This document shows positions 26,935 to 35,975 of a stretch of 41,351 nucleotides of DNA, in pieces. Position numbers and translations under genes: made by a program. Location: positions 1 to 41,351 of IMG/VR virus record IMGVR_UViG_3300031555_005503; one strand, written 5' to 3'. Under the pieces are notes generated by a model that saw nothing but the letters and a program-made list of their open reading frames with translations, was not told the DNA's origin and did no database searches. Numbering within the stretch: the first letter of the stretch is position 1; each line of letters starts with the position of its first letter. Source of the stretch: a virus (Duplodnaviria; Heunggongvirae; Uroviricota; Caudoviricetes).

Positions 26935-27661
26935 TAAGTTAACAGCGATTGCTGACGGTTTCAGAGCCAGCAGAGGCACGACTAATCCATTATCCCTTGA
27001 TGATATGGCGATATTAGCTGCTGAGGCTGTTGGTGGGGGTAGTGATGATACGACTCTTAAAGATATTATCGAAAGAACTGCTGTAAATCCAGTATTACCT
27101 AGTGATTTAACTAAAATTGGTGATTCCATGTTTTATAAGTGTGAGGACTTGAAATTAACGTCATTACCTGCTGGAGTTACAACAATTGGTGATAATGCTT
27201 TCGGTTATTGTACCAATTTAGCATTAATATCATTGCCTGCCGGACTTACATATATCGGGATGCGTGCTTTCGGTTATTGTGATAATTTAGCATTAACGTC
27301 ATTACCTGCTGGAGTTACATATATTGGAGATTATGCGTTTGATGAGTGTATCCGCTTGAAATTAACGTCATTGCCTGCTGGAGTTACATATATCGGGACG
27401 CGTGCTTTTGCGGAGTGCATTAATTTAGCATTAACGTCATTACCTGCTGGAGTTACAACAATTGGTGCTAATGCTTTCGCGCAGTGCTCAGATCTTACTG
27501 AAATCACATTTGAAGGCACGCCAGATTCAATAAACCAAAAAGCTTTCTATTTATGTACTAATCTCAGAACCATCAACGTTCCATGGGCTGAGGGTGAAGT
27601 TTCAGGTGCTCCTTGGGGTGCGACTTATGCGACTATCAATTATAATTATACAGAAGTATAG
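26921..27661 (+). CDS. BspA-type leucine-rich repeat (LRR_5) protein, candidate receptor-binding module
   Basis: Repeats of L.LTSLPAGVT.IG..AF..C; 14-nt overlap with upstream gene. Confidence 0.85.
   Translation: MALTDKLTAIADGFRASRGTTNPLSLDDMAILAAEAVGGGSDDTTLKDIIERTAVNPVLPSDLTKIGDSMFYKCEDLKLTSLPAGVTTIGDNAFGYCTNLALISLPAGLTYIGMRAFGYCDNLALTSLPAGVTYIGDYAFDECIRLKLTSLPAGVTYIGTRAFAECINLALTSLPAGVTTIGANAFAQCSDLTEITFEGTPDSINQKAFYLCTNLRTINVPWAEGEVSGAPWGATYATINYNYTEV
27149..27493 (+). repeat. Five tandem 69-bp (23-aa) LRR units
   Basis: Units start at 27149, 27218, 27287, 27356 and 27425; near-identical ttaacgtcattacctgctggagttaca core. Confidence 0.95.
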
Positions 27662-27706
27662 TTGTAAGGATATCTAAAAGTGTTTTTTAAATTAAATTAT
27701 TATTTT

Positions 27707-27736
27707 GAGTAGGGGTTCTCTCCCCTACTCTTTTTT
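27707..27736 (+). terminator. Intrinsic terminator
   Basis: Perfect GAGTAGGGG/CCCCTACTC stem plus T6. Confidence 0.85.
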
Positions 27737-27786
27737 ATATATGTTATAAAAAAATTAAATCTTGATAATTATAAAGGGAATAAGAA

Positions 27787-28375
27787 ATGAATAGCAAAAA
27801 AATATTTATCTTTATCAGGACTGTCCATTTTTTATTCTAAGTTTAAAGAATGGATGAGTTCTACATTTATTACAGAAGAATATGTAGATACAAAAATTGC
27901 GGATTTAGTTAATTCTGCTCCAGAAACATTGGACACTCTTGGAGAACTTGCGACCGCTTTTCAAGAAAATAGAGAGGTAGTTGATGTATTAAATGAAGCA
28001 ATAGTAGTTAAAGCAGATAAAACTTATGTTGATGAAGCTATTGCTAATATCCCAACAGAATCAGATATCTTTATGGTAAGTTGTCCTGATGGAAGCACAA
28101 TTTCTCATACTTTTGAACAAATCAAAGAAGCTATTGATGGCGGAAAAACAGTTTATGCTTATGTATATGGTGAACACATTATACCTTTAACATATGTTGC
28201 TGACGATGCATCTTTTATTAAATTTAGTTCTGTTAGAAACCAAGATACAACAACTTGGATTGATGAACTAATTGTCAACAATGATAATAGTTTTGTAGTT
28301 AAGCATGAAGATTTATTAGGTTCAGTTTCTATTACAGAAAATGAATTAGATATTTTAGAATCATTATTGATATAG
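27787..28375 (+). pseudogene. Fibre adaptor gene with apparent +1 frameshift near the start (track ORF 27854..28375 is its downstream part)
   Basis: ATG 27787 has AAGGGA SD 7 nt upstream. Removing one A from the A7 at 27796-27802 gives MNSKKYLSLSGL fused to the 27854 ORF. Body has LVNSAPETLDTLGELA fibre motif. Confidence 0.55.
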
Positions 28376-28386
28376 GGGGTGAGTGA

Positions 28387-29823
28387 ATGAGTAGATTATA
28401 CGACGTGTTAGAGCATATTATTGAAAAGGTAAATAAATCTGTAAAATTTGAAGAAGGACAGATTTTAACCGATGCTGAAAAACAAATAGTATTAACTAAC
28501 TTAGGTTTGACTAATATAACTCCTGGAACCCCCACACCTTCTCCAGAAGAAACAATTACAACAGAATATGTGTATACCTATGACGGTGACACCAATTCAG
28601 AAGAGCATAGTTGGATTACAAATTATAGCAATATTAAAGTGTTTGCTAAAATGGGCGATATTCCAACCGGCAACCTAAATTTAATTGGAGCAACAATTTT
28701 TAGAACAAATCCTAGTAATCAATGGCTGGATAGAATTTTTACTATCACGCAAGAACATCTTGATAAAGTTTTAAATAAAGCTGAAACGGATATTCCTGCA
28801 GTGCAAGAAGGTTTAATCCAAATTTACGACATGATGGCTTCTGATTTTTCAGAATTTACAGTGTTGTGTATTTGCACTAAACCAGGATGGTATAATGTTT
28901 GTTTCGATGACTGGTATGAAATTATCAACTTTCCAGAAACTGGCATTTATGCTTACGATAAACGCACTTATGGCGGAAACGATTATGCGCAAACTTTTAC
29001 TTTTTCCGTTACCACTACTGTTAATAACTCTGGTTCAAACGATTCTAGTATCGAAGGAATAGATACAAGCATTCCAACACAATATAATGGAAATGAAATT
29101 TCTATGTTTAGTCGTGGCATTTGTATTGGAGATAGCGTAACCGAAGGTTCTTTTGATAATGCAGATGGAGGAGCTATTGTAAAACGTTTTTCTTATCCTG
29201 CAATCTTAGAAAGAATTACTGGAGTAGAAATGATAAATGCGGGCGTTGCTGGATTGACTTCTCAAACTTGGTACGAAGCCACATTAGATAGTACTCCTCA
29301 TTGGGGAACTTGGGTGAACCAAGAATGGGTATGGGACATGAATCCGGTAAATAGTGGTAATGATATTATTAGTAAATCATTAGATTATTCTAATTTTGAT
29401 TTTGCTATTATTCATTTAGGAATTAATGATTTGGCTCCTCTTTATGATAACTCAAAAACAATCGAAGAAATTTTAACAACTTTTGAGACCTATATAGGTT
29501 ATATTATTAGAGATTTAAAAGCCGCTAACAGTGGAATTAAAATCTTTTTAGCTACAATTATTCCAAGCTATGCAACACCTTCCAATTTAACCTATAAACA
29601 GTTAAATGAGAAAATTGCGGAAATTGCAAATGCAACCGAAAATACTTTCTTGTTAGACTTAACTTCTTATTCTGCATTGGCTTCAAAACCAGAGTATAAT
29701 GTAACTCATCCTACCGCACTTGGTTATCATAAACTTGCTAATGAAATTAAATCTTATATTAGTTATATTATTAGTAAAAATTTAGATAATTTCACTAATA
29801 TACAGTTTATTAATTTATTATAA
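28387..29823 (+). CDS. SGNH/GDSL esterase with N-terminal anchor module
   Basis: Blocks IGDSVTEG, INAGVAG, IHLGIND and NVTHPTALGY. Confidence 0.8.
   Translation: MSRLYDVLEHIIEKVNKSVKFEEGQILTDAEKQIVLTNLGLTNITPGTPTPSPEETITTEYVYTYDGDTNSEEHSWITNYSNIKVFAKMGDIPTGNLNLIGATIFRTNPSNQWLDRIFTITQEHLDKVLNKAETDIPAVQEGLIQIYDMMASDFSEFTVLCICTKPGWYNVCFDDWYEIINFPETGIYAYDKRTYGGNDYAQTFTFSVTTTVNNSGSNDSSIEGIDTSIPTQYNGNEISMFSRGICIGDSVTEGSFDNADGGAIVKRFSYPAILERITGVEMINAGVAGLTSQTWYEATLDSTPHWGTWVNQEWVWDMNPVNSGNDIISKSLDYSNFDFAIIHLGINDLAPLYDNSKTIEEILTTFETYIGYIIRDLKAANSGIKIFLATIIPSYATPSNLTYKQLNEKIAEIANATENTFLLDLTSYSALASKPEYNVTHPTALGYHKLANEIKSYISYIISKNLDNFTNIQFINLL
28390..28509 (+). repeat. 120-bp N-terminal module, copy 1 (copy 2 at 29845-29964)
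   Basis: Ungapped alignment, 34/40 aa identical; 14 synonymous and 6 non-synonymous codon differences. Confidence 0.9.
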
Positions 29824-29832
29824 ATATAAGAG

Positions 29833-32046
29833 GTGAATAAAATAAGTAGATTATATGATGTTTTAGAACAAATTATTGAAAAGGTAAATAAATCAGTAAA
29901 ATTTGATGAAAGTCAAATATTAACTGAAGAAGAACGACAAATTGTTTTAACTAATTTGGGATTAGATAATTCACCTTCAATGCCTGTAAAAATAAATATA
30001 GAACCAGAAGATAATGATATTCCAAAAGTATTCATCGATGGAGTAATTCCTAGCACTAAAGATGAAGTATTGGCGGAATTAACATATATTTCAAAAACAT
30101 TATCTTTCCATTCTTATATTGCAATTAAATGTCAAGGAACTTCTTCTATGTCTTATCCTAAGAAAAATTTTACTATTAAATTATTCAAAGATGAAGATAG
30201 AAGTGAAAAAATGAAAGTTAATTTTAAGGGATGGGGAAAACAAAATAAATTCTGTTTAAAAGCTAATTGGATTGATATTTCTCATTTAAGAAATGTGGTT
30301 TCTGCAAGAATTTGGGGAGATATTGTTAAGTCTCGTTCTAATTATGAAGAATATCCGGAAGAACTTAAAACAAGTCCAAATCAAGGTGCTGTTGATGGAT
30401 TCCCAATCAAAGTATATAATAACGGAATATATCAAGGAAGATATACTTGGAATATTCCAAAAGATAAATGGATGACTAATATGGATGATAATTTAGACGA
30501 GCATTGTGTTTTATGTGGCGAAAATTATGATAGTGGATGTTTTCGCGCATTACCTGTTATTGATGAAAGCGATTGGTCTGATGAAATTCATGACACAGTT
30601 CCGCAATTAATTAAAACAAGTTGGACTAATGTAATTAATTTTGTTATGAATAGCTCAGATAGCGAATTTAAAACAAATATTGGTAATTATTTTGATTTGC
30701 AGAGTTTAATCGATTATCATATATTTGGCATGTATATTTGCGGGATTGATCAATATGGTAAAAATCAAATATATATGACATATGATGGAATCAAATGGAT
30801 TGCCTCAATGTATGACTTAGATAGTACTTGGGGGCTGTATTGGAATGGCCAAACAATGCTTAATTATAATTATGAAAGAAGACAATTTGAAGATCAAATT
30901 CAAGGGCGTTTAGGCAATTTATTGTATGAAAAATTAGAACAGAATTTCTATACTGAATTACAAGCTCGTTGGGAAGAATTAAAATCTTCTGCTTTAAAGT
31001 TGTCTAATGTGATTAATCATTTTGAGAGAATGGCTGATTTAGTTCCACAAGAATTGATAAAAGAAGATTATGCTTCTACAACTGCAAATGGTCAATATAC
31101 AAGTATCCCATCTGTTTCTAAAAATAACATTCAACAAATTAGAAATTTTGCAGTATCTCGTATGCTTTGGACAGATGAATATTTGAATTCACTAACACCA
31201 ATAGAGCGAGTACCATGTACCGATATTACTTTAAATACATTTGAATTATACTTCGATGAAACAACTGAGTCTACACAGTATGTAGATGTTACTGTTTCAC
31301 CTTCTAACACTACAGATAAAGTTGTTTGGAAATCAAATGATGAGTCTATTGTAACAGTAAGTAAAGGATATATTACAGCTCATAGTATTGGTAATACAAC
31401 TATTACTATAACTTGCGGAGATTGTTCTAAAACTCTTTATGTGTATGTTACTTATATTAAAGAAGATACTTCAGAAGAAGAAATTATTTATCAATTACCA
31501 GCTACTACAACATTTAATGGGTCAAATTATATTGACACTGGGGTTGCTCCTCTTGCAGAGGATACGCCATTTACAGTATTTGTTGATTGGATCGATACAA
31601 ATGAAAGTGAATTTGTGGCAAGTAAATATGTAGTTATGCATTGCATGAATGAAAATAGTCCATATAATGGTATGATATTACAATACGCCCCAGCTGGTGT
31701 TGTTTCTGAATATAGACAAAATTCTAATAGCATTTCTTCTAACTCTACTGGTGGATTAATTGAAAATGCTGATCTTGAAAGAGTAAAAGTTGTATATCGT
31801 AAGGCTGCTGATGGAACAATTACTGTTGCTAGATGCTACAATGAAAATGGTCAAATCCATAAGAATGAAAAAGTTATGGAATATGTTGCAGTATCTGAGG
31901 CATTAAGATTGGGATGTTATCGTTCTAATTCTGGCGGAACTGGACGTTTTGCTAAAGGTATCTTAAATGACTGTAAGATTTATAATTATGCAATCTCTGA
32001 TGAAGAGATGAATGAATTATTATTGTCTACTACAGTTTTATCATAA
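29833..32046 (+). CDS. CotH-family kinase with anchor module, Big_2-like Ig domain and LamG-like domain (start uncertain: GTG 29833 or ATA 29842)
   Basis: KCQGTSSMSYPKKNF, LKANWIDISHLRN, DGFPI, GIDQYGKN, MYDLDSTWG; VSPSNTTDKVVWKS (Ig); FNGSNYIDTG. Confidence 0.8.
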   Translation: MNKISRLYDVLEQIIEKVNKSVKFDESQILTEEERQIVLTNLGLDNSPSMPVKINIEPEDNDIPKVFIDGVIPSTKDEVLAELTYISKTLSFHSYIAIKCQGTSSMSYPKKNFTIKLFKDEDRSEKMKVNFKGWGKQNKFCLKANWIDISHLRNVVSARIWGDIVKSRSNYEEYPEELKTSPNQGAVDGFPIKVYNNGIYQGRYTWNIPKDKWMTNMDDNLDEHCVLCGENYDSGCFRALPVIDESDWSDEIHDTVPQLIKTSWTNVINFVMNSSDSEFKTNIGNYFDLQSLIDYHIFGMYICGIDQYGKNQIYMTYDGIKWIASMYDLDSTWGLYWNGQTMLNYNYERRQFEDQIQGRLGNLLYEKLEQNFYTELQARWEELKSSALKLSNVINHFERMADLVPQELIKEDYASTTANGQYTSIPSVSKNNIQQIRNFAVSRMLWTDEYLNSLTPIERVPCTDITLNTFELYFDETTESTQYVDVTVSPSNTTDKVVWKSNDESIVTVSKGYITAHSIGNTTITITCGDCSKTLYVYVTYIKEDTSEEEIIYQLPATTTFNGSNYIDTGVAPLAEDTPFTVFVDWIDTNESEFVASKYVVMHCMNENSPYNGMILQYAPAGVVSEYRQNSNSISSNSTGGLIENADLERVKVVYRKAADGTITVARCYNENGQIHKNEKVMEYVAVSEALRLGCYRSNSGGTGRFAKGILNDCKIYNYAISDEEMNELLLSTTVLS
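29845..29964 (+). repeat. 120-bp N-terminal module, copy 2
   Basis: See copy 1 at 28390-28509. Confidence 0.9.
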
Positions 32047-32197
32047 GGTAGAAAATGGACTGATATAGTCATTCTTATTAAAATTAAAGCTAATCTGTTT
32101 GGATGTACTGATATAAATAAAAACATTATTTCAAATAATCCATAATAAATTTAAAATATTTATTTTTTTTATTTTCTAAAAAGGAGAAAGTTAAATT

Positions 32198-33448
32198 ATG
32201 GCTAAAAAACAATATTTAGATTATTCTGGCCTGCAAACATATGATGAGCAGATAAAAGCGTATATTAATGCGGCTGATACTGCTACTTCTACTAGTTTAA
32301 CAAACGGAGATATTGTAGTTAAAGAAGCTCAACATGCTACAAATGCAACTAATGCAACTAATGCAACTCATGCGACTTCTGCTGATTCTGCTGCAAGTGC
32401 TAATACAGCTGGCTCTGCTACAAAGGCTACTCAGGATGGAAATGGAAAAGTAATTTCATCTACATATGAAACAAAGACTGATGCCACTTCTAAGCTGACA
32501 GAAGCAAAAGGTTATACTGACACTGAAATTGGAAAAATTACTGCTGGAACTATTGTGGCTGGTAAGGCAACAAAAGATGGTAGTGGCAACACAATTACGA
32601 GTACTTATGAAACAAAGTCTGATGCTACTGCTAAATTAACTGAAGCTAAAAATTATACAGATGGAAAGATTGCAAATTTATTAGATAATTCAACTGAAGC
32701 TGTTGACTCTATCATGGAGCTTGCGGCTGCAATGGAAGATAATGCAGATGCAATCGAAGCTCTTAATGGTATTGTGGCTGGCAAAGCACCCGCTACTCAC
32801 TCCCATGGTATTTCTGATGTGACTAATTTACAGTCTACATTAAATGCTAAGGCTGCTCAGTCAAGTTTAGATTCACATACTAGTAATGGGGATATTCACG
32901 TTACTACTGCTTTAAAGGGCAATTGGAATACAGCTTATACTCATTCTCAAGCTTCTCATGCTCCTGTTGAAGCTGAAAAGAACCAGAATGCATTCTCTAA
33001 TGTAAAGGTAGGTTCTACAACAGTTGCTGCTGATAAAACTACAGATACAATTGAATTTGCTGGAACTAATGTAACTATTACTCCAGATGCGACAAATGAT
33101 AAGGTTACTTTCGCTGTTGCTGATGGTACAACGGGTGCTAAGGGTGTTGTACAACTTACCGATAGTACTTCAAGTACATCTACTACCACTGCCGCAACTC
33201 CTAAAGCTGTTAAATCTGCTTATGATTTAGCAAATACAGCTAAAACAAATGCTGCTACTGCTCAGTCTACAGCCGATGGTGCTGCTACTGTTGCTAATGA
33301 AGCTAAGTCTGCTTCCACAGCTAATACAACAGCAATTGGAAGTAACACCTCTGCTATTTCTGCTTTAACTGGTAGAGTAGCTGCTTTAGAAGGACTGGAT
33401 ACTTGCGAACGTATTCCGACAGCTTCTATCACAGCCCTCTTTTCTTAA
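32198..33448 (+). CDS. Tail fibre protein (Ala/Thr/Ser-rich) with phage tail fibre repeat
   Basis: AKGVVQLTDSTSSTSTTTAATPKAVKSAYDLA matches the phage tail fibre repeat; internal duplication KATxDG.G..I.STYETK.DAT.KLTEAK.YTD; N-tag KKQYLDYSGL, C-tag IPTASITALFS. Confidence 0.85.
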   Translation: MAKKQYLDYSGLQTYDEQIKAYINAADTATSTSLTNGDIVVKEAQHATNATNATNATHATSADSAASANTAGSATKATQDGNGKVISSTYETKTDATSKLTEAKGYTDTEIGKITAGTIVAGKATKDGSGNTITSTYETKSDATAKLTEAKNYTDGKIANLLDNSTEAVDSIMELAAAMEDNADAIEALNGIVAGKAPATHSHGISDVTNLQSTLNAKAAQSSLDSHTSNGDIHVTTALKGNWNTAYTHSQASHAPVEAEKNQNAFSNVKVGSTTVAADKTTDTIEFAGTNVTITPDATNDKVTFAVADGTTGAKGVVQLTDSTSSTSTTTAATPKAVKSAYDLANTAKTNAATAQSTADGAATVANEAKSASTANTTAIGSNTSAISALTGRVAALEGLDTCERIPTASITALFS

Positions 33449-33475
33449 TTACATATAAATATACAGGCAACAGAT

Positions 33476-33505
33476 AACCCCACTTCATGTGGGGTTTGTT
33501 TGTTG
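33476..33505 (+). terminator. Terminator-like hairpin
   Basis: AACCCCAC/GTGGGGTT stem, TG-rich T tail. Confidence 0.55.
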
Positions 33506-33566
33506 TAATTACAATATAAATTTAGAATTTTATTATCAATTAAATAAATTAAAGGAGGAAGTATTT

Positions 33567-33938
33567 TTGGCAAACGAAAAAAAGTATGTTGGTCTCACAG
33601 GTTTGATTAGTGTAATAAATAATATTAAGACAAAATATGCTCAGATACAACACGCACATGTTAAGTCAGAAATAATAGATTTTCCAAGCATTCCTTTTAA
33701 GACAAGCGAGCTGATAAATGACAGTGGCTTTAAAACTACTGATAATAATACAACATATACGCTAAGTAAATCAGGAGATGTTGTTACTTTAATTGGCAGT
33801 GATGATTCTACATCTATATTTGTCATTGAAAAAGAACTTCCTACTGTAACTACTAATAATGAAGGGGATTTCCTTAGAGTTGTAAATGGGGTTTGGGCTG
33901 CGGCAACAATTCCTAATGCAGAGGGGGCGAGTTTCTAA
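33567..33938 (+). CDS. Short fibre adaptor protein
   Basis: TTG 33567 with AAGGAGG SD (track start 33489 lies in a hairpin); N-tag KKYVGLTGL; LPTVTTNNEGDFLRVVNGVWAA; ends AEGASF. Confidence 0.65.
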   Translation: MANEKKYVGLTGLISVINNIKTKYAQIQHAHVKSEIIDFPSIPFKTSELINDSGFKTTDNNTTYTLSKSGDVVTLIGSDDSTSIFVIEKELPTVTTNNEGDFLRVVNGVWAAATIPNAEGASF

Positions 33939-34456
33939 TGGCCGAATATTTAATTCAAGAATCTACTTTAAATAATATTGGTGATTCAATTAGAAATACG
34001 TTAAAAGAATCAAATGTATATACGCCAGCAGAAATGGCTAATAAAATAAATACTCGTATGCTTGGAGTTCCTGATCCTATTGTTGCAGGAGATTATCCTA
34101 TTTATGGATTAACTACTAGTTCAAAAATTACAAGCACATCTTATTCCGACTTAGGAGTATATGTTTTTACAGCTAATAGAGCTGGAACATATAGATTTAA
34201 ATGGTGTTGTATGAAACCTGCTGTAACGTTAGGTGGTAGTGGAACTTGTGCAAGTGCTTTATTTTTAAATGATGTATCTCAATTTGAAAATACAAGCTTT
34301 AGTGATAATGTACAATATAATTCAGTAGATGTGACTATGAAAGTTGGAGATGTGGTGCGAATTAAAGCTAAGCATTCTGGCGGTATGTATGCAACATATG
34401 TTTATGGTGTTCATGTCTGTATAGGATGGAGCGATGCTAATGCGTTTTTTGTTTAA
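33938..34456 (+). CDS. Small beta-sandwich fibre-tip-like protein
   Basis: TAATG coupling; N-tag YLIQESTLNNIGDSIR. Confidence 0.6.
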   Translation: MAEYLIQESTLNNIGDSIRNTLKESNVYTPAEMANKINTRMLGVPDPIVAGDYPIYGLTTSSKITSTSYSDLGVYVFTANRAGTYRFKWCCMKPAVTLGGSGTCASALFLNDVSQFENTSFSDNVQYNSVDVTMKVGDVVRIKAKHSGGMYATYVYGVHVCIGWSDANAFFV

Positions 34457-34638
34457 CAAAATCAAAGAGTTTTTTATTGAATTTAAATTATTAAAAGATA
34501 TGATTGAATCGTTAAGAGATGATATTTACAAGATGTAAAATTAGAAAAAGAAATTTTAATCGCCTTATATAAGGTGATTTCAAATAAAAAAAATAATAAG
34601 TAAAATTAAATAAAATTTTAAAGTAAGGAGATATTAAA

Positions 34639-35961
34639 ATGGCCAAAAAACAATACTTAGACCTTACTGGTTTAACAACTCTTGTAGATGAGATTAAAGC
34701 TCTATTATCTGGTAAAGCAAACTCATCTCATAATCATGCCGCCTCCAATATCACATCTGGAACTTTATCTTCTGATAGACTTCCAACAGTTCCTATTGAT
34801 AAGGGTGGTACTGGAGCGACAACGGCTGCGGCTGTTTTAACTAATTTAGGTTTAACTGCTACAGCGGCAGAATTAAATAAAATGGATGGAGTAACAGCTA
34901 CTACAACTGAATTGAATTATGTTGACGGTGTAACTTCTAATATCCAAGCACAATTAGATAGTAAGGCTGCATCCAGTACTCTGTCTTCTCATACAAGTAA
35001 TCAAAAAAATCCTCATGGAGTTACAGCTGCTCAGGTTGGAGCATTACCTACAAGTGGCGGTGCTATTTCTGGAGAACTATCTGTTTCAGGTAAAATTATG
35101 CAGGGAGCTACAAGTTCCGATTCAACCATTGCTAATATGAACAGATATCAATCAGATTTATATGTTCAAGGAGACGGTTCTGCTCCTAATAATCCAAAGG
35201 TCGCTGGGTTCTATCTTGGCAAGAGTCAGTCAGATGAAAATCGTCACATGGATATTGTTTCTGGTGGAGACTATTCATATATTGACTTTAATCAAACAAG
35301 TCACGAATCAGATTATGATGCTAGACTTTTAGTTAATGTAAATACTGGTGATACTCAGTGGATGTGGGGCCCTGGAATGACAACCCCTATCTTTAATGTA
35401 ATGGGATATTTAAGGAAAAATGGTGTAGATGTAGCCACATTAAATGACCTTGGCGGTCATACTGGTGATAAATCTAATCCACACGGAGTAACAGCTGCCC
35501 AGGTTGGGGCTTATACTAAGGCAGAAATTGATAGTGCTTTAGCTGGCAAGCAAGCTGCTGGAAGCTACGCTGCAAGCAGTCACACTCATGATGATAGGTA
35601 TTACACTGAGTCTGAAATTAATACTAAATTAGCTGGCAAATCTGATACAAATCACACTCATAATTATGCTGGCTCATCTTCTGCTGGCGGAGCAGCGACA
35701 TCTGCAAATAAAGTTAATAGTTCTTTAACTGTTAAGTTAAATGGTGGTTCTACAGAAGGAACTAATATGTTTACGTTTAATGGTTCTGCTGCAAAAAGTG
35801 TAAATATTACGCCCGCTTCTATTGGTGCTCAGGCTGCTGGCAGCTATATGGATTTAGCTTCTGCACAAGCCGCAACTGGCGTAAAAACTTTTAGCAATGG
35901 AATTAAAATTGGTTCAGCTAAACTTACTTATTCATCAGATGCTTTAATAATTTCATTTTAA
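34639..35961 (+). CDS. Tail fibre protein
   Basis: N-tag KKQYLDLTGL; GTLSSDRLP, GGTGATT, two NPHGVTAAQVGA repeats, HTHDDRYYTESEI. Confidence 0.8.
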   Translation: MAKKQYLDLTGLTTLVDEIKALLSGKANSSHNHAASNITSGTLSSDRLPTVPIDKGGTGATTAAAVLTNLGLTATAAELNKMDGVTATTTELNYVDGVTSNIQAQLDSKAASSTLSSHTSNQKNPHGVTAAQVGALPTSGGAISGELSVSGKIMQGATSSDSTIANMNRYQSDLYVQGDGSAPNNPKVAGFYLGKSQSDENRHMDIVSGGDYSYIDFNQTSHESDYDARLLVNVNTGDTQWMWGPGMTTPIFNVMGYLRKNGVDVATLNDLGGHTGDKSNPHGVTAAQVGAYTKAEIDSALAGKQAAGSYAASSHTHDDRYYTESEINTKLAGKSDTNHTHNYAGSSSAGGAATSANKVNSSLTVKLNGGSTEGTNMFTFNGSAAKSVNITPASIGAQAAGSYMDLASAQAATGVKTFSNGIKIGSAKLTYSSDALIISF

Positions 35962-35975
35962 TTAGGAGGTAAACT

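Noticed and set aside
27149-27493. CRISPR array
   Set aside because: Units are contiguous, in frame and encode LRRs; no unique spacers
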